A DNA stretch of 64,000 nucleotides. Source: a virus. This document shows, in pieces, positions 27,597 through 36,975 of the stretch (positions within the stretch are counted from its first letter, which is position 1; each line of letters opens with the position of its first letter). The notes below the pieces were generated by a model. It ran no database searches and was not told where the DNA came from. It was given only the letters and a program-made list of their open reading frames with translations. The position numbers and the translations under genes are program-made. Location: IMG/VR virus record IMGVR_UViG_3300008954_000022, positions 31,673 to 95,672 of that record. One strand, written 5' to 3'.

Positions 27597-30500
27597 ATGG
27601 CCGAGCAGACATTCAGATCACCTGGGTTTTTCGAACAGGAGATAGATCTTTCCGCAAGGCGTGCCACTCCTCTCGGAACACCAGCTGGTGTAATTGGCAC
27701 CGCTGAAAGGGGACCCGCTTTCGTCCCAGTAACGCTGGGATCTCTGGCAGACTTCGAGGCCAGATTTGGCTCACTGCACAGAAATCGATTCGGGCCGTAC
27801 GCCGTGCGCGAGTTTCTTAAGAACAAGACATCCTTAACCTATATTAGAGTTTTGGGTGCAGGTTCTAATGAGACAACCACAGATATAACAACTACAGACA
27901 ACGAGGGAACTGTAAAGCATGCAGGTTTTCGCCTGGTGTCGACAGCTTTGGGGGTAGACGACAAGATCGATGCCGGCCACAATGGTGTCGTCCAGTTCTT
28001 GTGTGCAACACATGCCCTTCGAACTCTAGACGGTGGGGAAGCCGCAGGCTATCCGATGTTCAGCGACAATGATAGCTTCGCTGAGCGAGGCGGCGACGAC
28101 AAGGTAAATCTTGTTCGTGCTGTGCTTTTCACCCCGACGGGATCTCGACTTGAGGTTTTCGACGGAGATCAGCAGTATTCGAATTACGCTGCTGATATTG
28201 ATGATGTAGCATCACCTGTTGACATTGGCTCCGGCGCAGGAGGTCACTTCAAGCTAGCAATATCCTCTTCAGTGGGCACATCTTTTGCCAATGATGAGGG
28301 GTATGCGGGTGTGAGAATCTACACAGCTTCTCTCGATCCTAACAACGGACAGTACATTGGAAAGATTCTCAACACAGACCCACACAAGTTCCAGGAGGAG
28401 CATCACCTTCTCTATCTTGATTTTGCTGTAGAGGATGAGATAGCCTCAGTTGGAACAGTGGCTAGCTCTGTTGCGATCCTGTCCGGATCTGGACATGCGA
28501 CCTCTGGAGGTGGTGATACCTCAACAGTCTTCCGCGACCTCTTTGGAAGGTTTGACACGAGGTACACAACACCGAGAACCCCATCAATAATCTCTCAGCC
28601 GTACGGATCGACTGAGTTCGATCTCTTTCACTTCGAGACAATTAGTGACGGCGCGTGGGGCAATAATAAGTTCAAGGTTTCGATTGCCAATCTCCGCGCA
28701 TCGGTAGATCCCAATAATGATTTCGGCATCTTCGAGGTCCAGGTTCGTAGTTTTGGAGACACAGATCACAACAAGGAGATCCTCGAGACATTCCCAGAGT
28801 GTAGCCTGGATCCCAATCACGAGAATTATGTCGCCCGAAAGGTTGGCGACAAGAAGGTCTACTGGAACTTCGACGCCGCGGACGAGGACGAGCAACGCTT
28901 GGTGATTAGGGGCAAGTATCCTAATCGATCATCAAGAATTCGAATCGTCATGAATTCTGCTGTTGAGGAAGAAAAGATTCCGGCTGACGCTCTGCCTTTC
29001 GGCTTCCGAGGCGTACCGGTTCTCAAGACTTCAGATTCAATGATGGATCTTCAAGAGAACATTCTAACAGATAACAAGGGCGCAAATCTTGGTGAGTCTC
29101 GAAATAGACTGGACGGTGAGTTCTCATCTCTGGCACACGAGATTCAGGCACTAAGTGGTTCAATTGTTCCACCGCTTCCCATGCGCTTTAAGTGCACTCG
29201 AGGCGCTGTGGATTCAACCCCGACAACCTACTTGGGAGAGGTGGGAACCAATGAGCGTTCTGATAGCCGCCTCTACTGGGGCGTCAAGTTTGAACGCCTC
29301 CCAGTGACGTCCTCAGCTCCGGGTGGATCTGTTACAAACTCGATCCTCAAGGCAAATCAGGGCGGTCTGGCGAACCCACTAGTATCTGCTTACGCCAAGT
29401 TCAACGGAATTCAGAAGCTAGACACTCTAGTTACTGGCTCTGGCGCAGACTACTTCAACAATAACAAGTTCACGCTCGCGCGCGTGGCCCTCTACAATCA
29501 GCTTAGCAGCGGTCACATCACGGACGTGTCAGGGACAGCTAAGGAGCACATGCTCGAGACAGTCTACGTCCGGAACGGTAACCCCAATCCCTCGACGTAC
29601 GTTGTTGATGATAGTGTGAGAAAGAATCGCATCTCTCTCGCTACGTTGGTTCACTCGTCCTCGACGGTGTTCAATCGCTTCACTGAGTATGCGAAGTTCA
29701 CGACGATGTTCTACGGTGGTTTCGACGGCCTTAACATTCTGGACAAGGACTCACACCTGATGAACGATCGGGCATCCTCCTCAGATGCCGGCGGAAAGGC
29801 ACAGGCCGCGGCCAGTGTCGACATCGGCCTCCCGGCTGTGGCAACACTCAACCAGATGGGCGAGGGTAAGAAGAACAACGTGGTGAACTCCTTCCGAGTC
29901 GCCACAAGAATTTTAACGGACCCGATGGCATCCAACATCAACATCCTGGCAATTCCAGGCATGCGGGATACGTTCATCACAGACTACGCCTTGGAGAGGG
30001 TCAAGGACTACTCTATGGCATTCTATCTGATGGATGTTCTCAAGTATGACTCTTCTGAGAATCGCCTCTTTGACGATGACAAGAATAAGGTCGACGTTCG
30101 AGAGGTTGCTGAGCAGCTAGATTCCAGAGCCTTGGATAACAACTACGCTGCAACGTACTTCCCAGATGTGTATGTGAAGGATCCCGTCAACGGTACAACG
30201 ATCAAGGTTCCGGCCTCTGTGGCAGCTTTTGGTGCCCTGGCCTTCAATGACAAGGTCTCATTCCCATGGTTCGCTCCTGCTGGTTTCAACCGAGGAGCAC
30301 TGGAAAATGTTGCTAACGTCGATGTGAGGCTAAACTCTGCGGATAGGGACACACTCTATGATGCTAGGATCAATCCTATCGCCGTGTTCCCCGCAGGAGG
30401 CTTCGTAATCTTTGGGCAGAAAACCCTGCAGATGGCCAAGTCGGCACTGGATCGAGTTAACGTCCGACGGATGCTTCTCGAGGTGAAACGCCTGGTGGTC

Positions 30501-30764
30501 CAGGTTGCCAATCGTCTGCTGTTCGAGCAGAACAACTCGTCAACCCGTTCACGATTTGTGAATCAGGTAACACCCCTGCTGGCACTGGTCCAGGCCCAAG
30601 CGGGCATCGAGAGTTTCAATGTTGTCTGTGATGACACCAACAACTCATCGGTGGACGTCGAGGCAAATAAGATGAATGGACGAATTGTTGTTGTTCCCAC
30701 ACGAGCTGTGGAGTTCATCGCGATAGACTTCATCATTACCAACAGCGGGGTTTCGTTTGAGTAA
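27597..30764 (+). CDS. Tail sheath protein 1
   Basis: SPGFFEQEIDLS, GTAERGPAFVP, PWFAPAGFNRG, LYDARINPI, FGQKTL, LDRVNVRRML and PTRAVEFIAIDF. Confidence 0.92.
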   Translation: MAEQTFRSPGFFEQEIDLSARRATPLGTPAGVIGTAERGPAFVPVTLGSLADFEARFGSLHRNRFGPYAVREFLKNKTSLTYIRVLGAGSNETTTDITTTDNEGTVKHAGFRLVSTALGVDDKIDAGHNGVVQFLCATHALRTLDGGEAAGYPMFSDNDSFAERGGDDKVNLVRAVLFTPTGSRLEVFDGDQQYSNYAADIDDVASPVDIGSGAGGHFKLAISSSVGTSFANDEGYAGVRIYTASLDPNNGQYIGKILNTDPHKFQEEHHLLYLDFAVEDEIASVGTVASSVAILSGSGHATSGGGDTSTVFRDLFGRFDTRYTTPRTPSIISQPYGSTEFDLFHFETISDGAWGNNKFKVSIANLRASVDPNNDFGIFEVQVRSFGDTDHNKEILETFPECSLDPNHENYVARKVGDKKVYWNFDAADEDEQRLVIRGKYPNRSSRIRIVMNSAVEEEKIPADALPFGFRGVPVLKTSDSMMDLQENILTDNKGANLGESRNRLDGEFSSLAHEIQALSGSIVPPLPMRFKCTRGAVDSTPTTYLGEVGTNERSDSRLYWGVKFERLPVTSSAPGGSVTNSILKANQGGLANPLVSAYAKFNGIQKLDTLVTGSGADYFNNNKFTLARVALYNQLSSGHITDVSGTAKEHMLETVYVRNGNPNPSTYVVDDSVRKNRISLATLVHSSSTVFNRFTEYAKFTTMFYGGFDGLNILDKDSHLMNDRASSSDAGGKAQAAASVDIGLPAVATLNQMGEGKKNNVVNSFRVATRILTDPMASNINILAIPGMRDTFITDYALERVKDYSMAFYLMDVLKYDSSENRLFDDDKNKVDVREVAEQLDSRALDNNYAATYFPDVYVKDPVNGTTIKVPASVAAFGALAFNDKVSFPWFAPAGFNRGALENVANVDVRLNSADRDTLYDARINPIAVFPAGGFVIFGQKTLQMAKSALDRVNVRRMLLEVKRLVVQVANRLLFEQNNSSTRSRFVNQVTPLLALVQAQAGIESFNVVCDDTNNSSVDVEANKMNGRIVVVPTRAVEFIAIDFIITNSGVSFE

Positions 30765-30812
30765 TGAATACGTATAGTAAGACTGACAGACGTACAGTTA
30801 GGAGCATAAAGA

Positions 30813-33800
30813 ATGGCTGAACTGACCTTTAAGAGCGCCGGCGTAAGCACGAGGGAAATAGACCTCAGTGGACCCACGGCGATAAGTCCTCAGGGTGTAC
30901 CTGCAGGTGTCATCGGAACTTCGCAGAAGGGACGGGCATTTGTCCCAATCACTGTTGCGACGTACCAAGACTTTGTAGCCGAATTCGGCGCAACCGATGG
31001 AGAAAAGTTCGGCCCGCTTGCCATGAATGAGTGGATGAGAAATGCCCGAGCAGGAACCTATGTGAAGGTTCTGGGTGTGGGAAATGGCACCCAGCGACAG
31101 TCTGGCGGTGACAACTCGGGACGCGTAGTTAATGCGGGATTCATTGTGGGTAACCGACAAGTTCAGGATAACGGACTCGTTGGTAACAACGCATATGCAG
31201 GCGCTAACTCTGCTACAAATGGCATCGAGGGAAGAACATACTTCTTGGCAGCACTCTGCTCACAGAACAATGGAACAATGCTAGCTGACGCAGGGATTCA
31301 GACAGATGTAGCACATCCTATTTTGAGAGGTGTGCTTATGGCACCCTCTGGTGTGCTCTTGGCCCTATCCTCATCCTACGCGGCCGCCGCAAATCAGAAC
31401 GACCCAGCAGCTAATCAGTCTGCCATGGGTGTCTTTGGATCTGCTGCCATTAACGACGGTGGCTCGTGCCACGGAACTGTTGATGTCTCTAACGGACAGC
31501 AGAACTTTGTGCTGATCCTCAACGGGCACAAGAAGCAGGACACGTATCCTAACGTGATCACAGCTTCTTTCGACCCAGCGGCTCCACAATATATCTCAAA
31601 GGTTCTGAACACAGATCCCACCAAGATCGAACAGGCTGGGCACCTCCTCTACTCGAGCTTTGACGTCTACCCATCACACCTAACTCTGACTGGAAGTGGA
31701 GTCAACGCGGGCACAGATGTTATTGATGAGTGTGCGCTCCTATTGACAGGAACACTAGGGAGAAATGTGGGATCGGCAACGTCTCCCAACTATGAAAACT
31801 GGGAGGACAGGTTCCAGACAGCGCGCTCCCCGTGGATAATCTCTCAGAAGTTTGGCGCTAGTAATAAGAACCTCTTCCGAGTTCACGCTCTTGATGACGG
31901 AGATCGTCCAAACAGTCTCATTAAGATAACCATTGAGAACATCCAGGCAAGCAATAATGAGAACACCACTTACGGTAAATTCGATCTTCTAGTACGAGAT
32001 TACACAGACACAGATGTGAACTCTGTTGTGCTAGAGAGTTTCCGAGGCCTCTCATTGGATCCCTCCTCTGAGCGCTATGTCTCGCGCGTTGTGGGTGACA
32101 CGAAAATGTACTACGACTTCGACCAGAAGTCTGGTGCTCAGAAGCTGAGAATTGAGGGATCACACCCGAATGCCTCTGCCTATATTCGCATCGAGGTTCA
32201 TTCTGATGTCGAGAACCTCGTGGTGGATGCAACCGCTCTGCCGTGTGGATTCCGCGGTCCCCGTCACCTGGTGACTAGTGGTTCCGAGGGCGCCAGCACC
32301 GGTGGCCACCTTGAGGGCTTTGTTGCTTCCGCAGCCGCTGCGACTCAAACAGGATTTACGCCTGATGTCATGTATCGAGTGGTTCAGCCTCCCCTTCCCA
32401 TGCGTGAGCACCTCACGATCGGCGACGCTCCTAAGAAGAGGGTAAAGGCCCACTTTACCTGGGGTATCCAGTGGGAGGTCAAGGACGACCAGGCACGACC
32501 CAATGCGAGATCGAAGATCGACTCATCGCTAGTGAATCACTTCAAGTACTATCCCGGATTTGCTGACACCTGGAGAAAGGTCCTGGTGGGAGATAATGAG
32601 GGAACTGTGGACTCTGGTGGTACCGTTCTCGATGCTGACCGATTCAACAACAATTTCTTCTCCCTTGAGCGTATTCAGGTGTCGACAGGATCGAACGATC
32701 GGCCCATCAATTCGAGGTGGGGTGCCGCAGTCTATCGGAGAACCGGAGTGAAGGCAGCAACCCTGACAGACTCTGATGGAACAGTCTATCAGCGTGATGT
32801 CACGCGATTCCTTGACCCCTCTAAGGACTTCAATCACCTTCCCTCTCGGAAGTACCTGAAGTTCACGCTCCCTGTGCAGGGAGGCTTCAATGGAGTCAAT
32901 CCCTTCGACGTGGCGAAATCCAAGATGACAGACACAGCTTGTCGTCGAGAGTTTGGTGATGCTGCTAATCAGGGTGGTGTTAAGGGACCAACAATTGCCG
33001 CCTACAGAAAGGCAATTGATGTAATGGAAGAGAAGGCAGATGTTGATATTCAGCTGCTCTCCATTCCTGGAATTCGACATGAGTCAGTTACAGACTATGC
33101 CATCGACGCTGTGGAGGGTAGATTTGATGCGCTCCTGCTGATGGACATTGAGGAGAAGGACACAGTTAATGAGTTCGTGACCTCCTCTGCTGATCAGATC
33201 ACTGACGTGAGTAACACTGTTGAGAGATTCGAGGCACGTAACCTCGATTCATCCTTCGCGGCTGCATACTTCCCAGACGTAGTGATCACAGATCCGGCAA
33301 CGAGAACCAACGTTCAATGTCCACCCTCGGTCGCTGTCCTCGGGGCCTTCGCCCTGAATGATGCAGTGGCCCACCCGTGGTTCGCTCCCGCAGGTTTCAC
33401 CCGTGGTGCTCTTACCTCTGTTGTGGAGTCACAGGTGAAGCTTAATCGATCCAACCTAGATGCTCTGTACGAGGGCGATGTGAATCCTATCACATCCTTC
33501 CCACATACACCAGGTGTTGTGGTCTTCGGTCAGAAGACGCTTCAAGCAGCTCAGTCCGCTCTGGACAGAGTCAATGTGCGACGTCTCCTAATTGAGATTC
33601 GACGCAGGGTCCGACGCATTGCTAACACCCTACTTTTCGAGCCAAATCGTGAGGAGACTCTGGCGAGGTTCGCTAACGCGGTGAATCCCGTTCTGCAGAG
33701 AATCCAGGCCCAGCAGGGACTTGATCGATTCAAGGTGCAGATCGACACAACAACGACAACGCAGTCTGATGTTGAGAACAACACAATTCGCGGAAAGATC

Positions 33801-33875
33801 TTTCTCCAGCCCACACGTGCTGTTGAATTCATCTCCCTCGACTTTGTTGTAACTAACCAGGGCGCGGAGATATAA
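30813..33875 (+). CDS. Tail sheath protein 2
   Basis: SAGVSTREIDLS, PWFAPAGFTRG, FGQKTL, LDRVNVRRLL, FEPN and PTRAVEFISLDF. Confidence 0.92.
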   Translation: MAELTFKSAGVSTREIDLSGPTAISPQGVPAGVIGTSQKGRAFVPITVATYQDFVAEFGATDGEKFGPLAMNEWMRNARAGTYVKVLGVGNGTQRQSGGDNSGRVVNAGFIVGNRQVQDNGLVGNNAYAGANSATNGIEGRTYFLAALCSQNNGTMLADAGIQTDVAHPILRGVLMAPSGVLLALSSSYAAAANQNDPAANQSAMGVFGSAAINDGGSCHGTVDVSNGQQNFVLILNGHKKQDTYPNVITASFDPAAPQYISKVLNTDPTKIEQAGHLLYSSFDVYPSHLTLTGSGVNAGTDVIDECALLLTGTLGRNVGSATSPNYENWEDRFQTARSPWIISQKFGASNKNLFRVHALDDGDRPNSLIKITIENIQASNNENTTYGKFDLLVRDYTDTDVNSVVLESFRGLSLDPSSERYVSRVVGDTKMYYDFDQKSGAQKLRIEGSHPNASAYIRIEVHSDVENLVVDATALPCGFRGPRHLVTSGSEGASTGGHLEGFVASAAAATQTGFTPDVMYRVVQPPLPMREHLTIGDAPKKRVKAHFTWGIQWEVKDDQARPNARSKIDSSLVNHFKYYPGFADTWRKVLVGDNEGTVDSGGTVLDADRFNNNFFSLERIQVSTGSNDRPINSRWGAAVYRRTGVKAATLTDSDGTVYQRDVTRFLDPSKDFNHLPSRKYLKFTLPVQGGFNGVNPFDVAKSKMTDTACRREFGDAANQGGVKGPTIAAYRKAIDVMEEKADVDIQLLSIPGIRHESVTDYAIDAVEGRFDALLLMDIEEKDTVNEFVTSSADQITDVSNTVERFEARNLDSSFAAAYFPDVVITDPATRTNVQCPPSVAVLGAFALNDAVAHPWFAPAGFTRGALTSVVESQVKLNRSNLDALYEGDVNPITSFPHTPGVVVFGQKTLQAAQSALDRVNVRRLLIEIRRRVRRIANTLLFEPNREETLARFANAVNPVLQRIQAQQGLDRFKVQIDTTTTTQSDVENNTIRGKIFLQPTRAVEFISLDFVVTNQGAEI

Positions 33876-33891
33876 AAACTTACTGACGTTG

Positions 33892-33898
33892 ATATTTA
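33892..33898 (+). promoter_or_regulatory. Putative late-promoter motif ATA[C/T/G]TTA (representative site; about 20 in the window including variants)
   Basis: Exact matches at 10417, 14432, 19212, 19953, 23024, 24246, 27555, 33892, 34511, 35470, 36624, 36935, 42702, 51152, 52400, 61483 and 63209; variants at 12467, 16932, 18396, 30768 and 60463. Almost all are just upstream of virion genes. Confidence 0.65.
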
Positions 33899-33930
33899 GA
33901 GACGTCACAGGACTTTAGGAGACTAGGAAA

Positions 33931-34419
33931 ATGGCAGAAACACTCTCAGTCACTGATATGCTACCCAATAAGTTTGAGCCCAAGCGCAAATTTAGATGGG
34001 TATTCGCTATCGAGGGACTCGATTCATTCTTGATGAAGACAGCCGCACGGCCAACCATCAACACCGCAGAGCAGGAGGTCGCCTTCATGAACTCCACACG
34101 GTACCTCGCAGGCAAGACTAAGTTCGATGCGATCACCGTGACACTTCACGACCCAATCGCCCCCTCTGGGGCGCAGCAGGTGATGGAGTGGGTCCGCACG
34201 CACTTCGAGTCTGTCTCAGGTCGAGCAGGTTACGCTGATTTCTACAAGCGTGACTGCCAGCTCAAGCTATTGGATCCAGTGGGAACAGTGGTTGAGCTTT
34301 GGGACCTCAAGGGTTGCTTCCTCACTGCCGCAGCCTTCGGTGAGTTGGACTACGCGGGAGAGGATCCCACAGAGGTTTCCATTACCCTTCGTTTCGACAA
34401 CGCAGTCCTCCAGTACTAA
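33931..34419 (+). CDS. Tail tube protein (T4 gp19-like)
   Basis: 162 aa directly after the sheaths; FEPKRKFRW, AGK..F..IT.TLHD, YKRD and LLDPVG.VVE.W.L.GCF. Confidence 0.88.
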   Translation: MAETLSVTDMLPNKFEPKRKFRWVFAIEGLDSFLMKTAARPTINTAEQEVAFMNSTRYLAGKTKFDAITVTLHDPIAPSGAQQVMEWVRTHFESVSGRAGYADFYKRDCQLKLLDPVGTVVELWDLKGCFLTAAAFGELDYAGEDPTEVSITLRFDNAVLQY

Positions 34420-34447
34420 TAAAATAGTTCTAGATTCTCAAGCCACG

Positions 34448-34480
34448 AAGACGCCTCCTAGATTACTAGGAGGCGTTTTT
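34448..34480 (+). terminator. Rho-independent terminator after the tail tube gene
   Basis: AAGACGCCTCCTAG-ATTA-CTAGGAGGCGTTTTT. Confidence 0.85.
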
Positions 34481-34538
34481 GTATCTGGGAGTTCTTTATC
34501 GTCACCTGCCATAGTTATAGTGTGATCAGGAGGCACTG

Positions 34539-34901
34539 GTGAGAGTTAGAAGAAATCGGCTGAGGGTAATCATTCGTGAGTGCATTCTCGTCGAGAAGGG
34601 TGAGGCGTACGCCTCCGACGTCACCAAGCTTAAACCAGAGATTGAGGAGTGGGTCGGTGTACTCATTGATGAGCTCGGAAAAACCTCACCTCGTGTCTTA
34701 GAGATGGATGATAGGCGTAGAGGTGCTGTGATCCGTCGATTAACAGACGCTGTTGCGTTGGAGATGATCGACGTGTTTGGACATCCCATTGATCCCAAAA
34801 AGATAAAGAAGCGCGAGCGGGATAAGTGGAAGAAGGAGGAGCAGGAAGAGTTATCTCAACGTGCTTCTAAAGTTAACTACTACGGCCGCGGCGGCTACTA
34901 A
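34539..34901 (+). CDS. Hypothetical protein carrying the N-terminal basic tag
   Basis: AGGAGG SD sequence; ATAGTTA at 34511-34517; begins MRVRRNRLRVIIRECILVE. Confidence 0.6.
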   Translation: MRVRRNRLRVIIRECILVEKGEAYASDVTKLKPEIEEWVGVLIDELGKTSPRVLEMDDRRRGAVIRRLTDAVALEMIDVFGHPIDPKKIKKRERDKWKKEEQEELSQRASKVNYYGRGGY

Positions 34902-34936
34902 TAGATCATGCAACAATCTCAACACTCGAGAAGTGA

Positions 34937-35440
34937 ATGACCGCCACCGGAACCTGGCGCCGCGGCGGCGGCCAGCAGGTGTCCTTTGAGTTCATTGTGG
35001 ACTCTGCGAGGCAGCATCAAAAAGTGGGGGGTAGGATATACGTGAGTACTGACTCCTTCCCTGGCGGCAGCGAGTGTGTGTTTGCCACTGTCATATGCCT
35101 CTACAATGAGACACTCCGCAAAGGTGGAACGTACTTTTACCAGAGGCACACAGTAAACCCTAGGGCTGTGTCTGATCTACGTGAGAGAATGCTTCTGGAA
35201 GCGCAGAAATCGATTGACCTATCTATGACACTCTTTGACTGCGGGGTGAGCGATCTGGAGGTGCACCTGGACATAAGTCCCAAAGGCACACCTCACGCGA
35301 CCTCGAGGTACGCGGATATGCTCTCAGGGTACGCGACCGGTGTAGGACTAGATTGTCGCGTCAAGCCCGACGCGTGGGCTGCCAGAGTGGCCGACAGGCA
35401 CTCCAAAGCTGTGTATGCTCAGGACAGCGACAGCAGCTAA
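34937..35440 (+). CDS. RNase H-like protein (YkuK/DUF458 family)
   Basis: IYVSTDS, FATVICLY, GGTYFY, LRERMLLEAQKS, LEVHLDI and VKPDAWAA.VADRH. Confidence 0.75.
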   Translation: MTATGTWRRGGGQQVSFEFIVDSARQHQKVGGRIYVSTDSFPGGSECVFATVICLYNETLRKGGTYFYQRHTVNPRAVSDLRERMLLEAQKSIDLSMTLFDCGVSDLEVHLDISPKGTPHATSRYADMLSGYATGVGLDCRVKPDAWAARVADRHSKAVYAQDSDSS

Positions 35441-35512
35441 TTGATTTTACAGGGCACTTCAGAGCTGTAATACTTACTAGAAGATGTTCACATCTGTTTA
35501 AGGGAGTTATAA

Positions 35513-36376
35513 GTGTCTGACGAACCAACTAGAGAATCTCGAAATGAGGTATTCACAGCTACACAGGCTGAGACCGCGGGATTCAAGACTCATAATGTAA
35601 TGAGAGACGACTTTGGGTTTGAAATCCCAGTCGAGACTGTCCCACTGCCGTCGCGCGGTGTGGTATACCCATCTGACTCAGCACTCTCCGGTCAGGAGAC
35701 TGTTGAGATTCGAGCTATGACAGCACGGGAGGAGGATATTCTGACCTCCCGGGCGCTGATTAAGAAGGGGACAGTTATTACACACCTTCTCCAATCGTGC
35801 TTAGTCAATAAGCAGATCAATGTGGATGAGATGCTCTCCGGTGATAGAAATGCTATCATGACTGCTCTTCGAATTACGGGCTATGGATCAAGCTACGATG
35901 TTGAGGTCGACTGTCCGGACTGCGGTGAGCGATCCAAACAGTCGTTCCAGCTGGCCGATCTTCCCATTGGCCGGCTCGAGATTGATCCTATTGCTCAGGG
36001 GTCGAACCTGTTTGAGTACACCCTTCCGGTGACCAAGAAGAAGGTTCGGTTTCGCTTTCTCACTGGAACCGATGAGACCAACATTACAGTCATGATGGAG
36101 AGAAAGAAGAAGCAAGGTGTTACAGCTGATACCCTGGTGACAACCAGGCTGCAGCATGCTATTGTCTCCATTGAGAATATCACAGACAAGTCCAAGATTA
36201 ACCATTTCATTCGAAACATGCCTGCTCGAGACTCTCTGGAGCTTCGCACGTTCATCGATAAGAGTGAGCCTGGCATTGAGATGAAGTCCTGGATGGACTG
36301 CCCATCCTGCCTGGAGCACTCGGAGGTACGGCTCCCGTTGGGAGCCTCGTTTTTTTGGCCTGACACCGACGGATAA
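35513..36376 (+). CDS. Baseplate hub/tail assembly chaperone (T4 gp26/gp51-like), with probable frameshift site at its end
   Basis: VPLPSRG..Y, IRAMTAREEDILT, GDRNAIM.ALRI.GYG, CPDC and CPSC; ends ...FFWP on a T7 run. Confidence 0.7.
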   Translation: MSDEPTRESRNEVFTATQAETAGFKTHNVMRDDFGFEIPVETVPLPSRGVVYPSDSALSGQETVEIRAMTAREEDILTSRALIKKGTVITHLLQSCLVNKQINVDEMLSGDRNAIMTALRITGYGSSYDVEVDCPDCGERSKQSFQLADLPIGRLEIDPIAQGSNLFEYTLPVTKKKVRFRFLTGTDETNITVMMERKKKQGVTADTLVTTRLQHAIVSIENITDKSKINHFIRNMPARDSLELRTFIDKSEPGIEMKSWMDCPSCLEHSEVRLPLGASFFWPDTDG

Positions 36377-36611
36377 GAGCTACTACCTCGAGCACATCTT
36401 CCTGCTAATGTACTACATGGGGTTCTCCTATGTAGAGGTCTATAATATACCCATCTGGCAGCGAACGTGGTTCATTAAGCGCATCAATGATGAGCTTAAG
36501 AAGTCCGGCGAGAACGGCAACCGCGCAGCACACACGAACCACCCAGAAGCTAGGGCAATGATGGGCCGAGCAAGGTCCCAGGTACCGGCAAAACTTCGTA
36601 GGTTCACATAG
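36351..36611 (+). CDS. Probable frameshift extension of the chaperone (gpGT-like); ORF track calls 36408..36611
   Basis: The +1 frame is open from the T7 run (FFGLTPTDKSYYLEHIFLLMYYMGFSYVEVYNIPIWQRTWF...). There is no SD sequence before ATG 36408. Confidence 0.6.
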   Translation, partial: FFGLTPTDKSYYLEHIFLLMYYMGFSYVEVYNIPIWQRTWFIKRINDELKKSGENGNRAAHTNHPEARAMMGRARSQVPAKLRRFT

Positions 36612-36650
36612 TCAGTCAGAATGATATTTATGTCCAGGAGGCATGTTTCT

Positions 36651-36911
36651 ATGAAGAGTAGCGAAAAGTTCCTGGACGATCTAACCAGGGCCTCAGCAAG
36701 ATACATTCTGGGTGAGACGACGGGAATCAAGATCCAGGGGTCAAAGGCCCGAATCAAGGCGACCCGATCAGTCCTTAATGCGAGTCGTAATCTCTATGTT
36801 GAACTCATCAAGGAAGATGCTGATCTTGACCTTGTTCTCAACCTCATGCGGGTCAAGAAAGAGGCAGCTAGAGAGTTCCACCAGGTTACCGGTCTACGCT
36901 GGCGTCTGTAG
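36651..36911 (+). CDS. Hypothetical protein upstream of tape measure
   Basis: AGGAGG SD before ATG 36651; ATATTTA at 36624-36630. Confidence 0.55.
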   Translation: MKSSEKFLDDLTRASARYILGETTGIKIQGSKARIKATRSVLNASRNLYVELIKEDADLDLVLNLMRVKKEAAREFHQVTGLRWRL

Positions 36912-36975
36912 AGGCCGCTAAGTGTTCCTCAGCAATACTTACAGTAGAACAGTTCTGTGGGTAGCGTTATAAATC

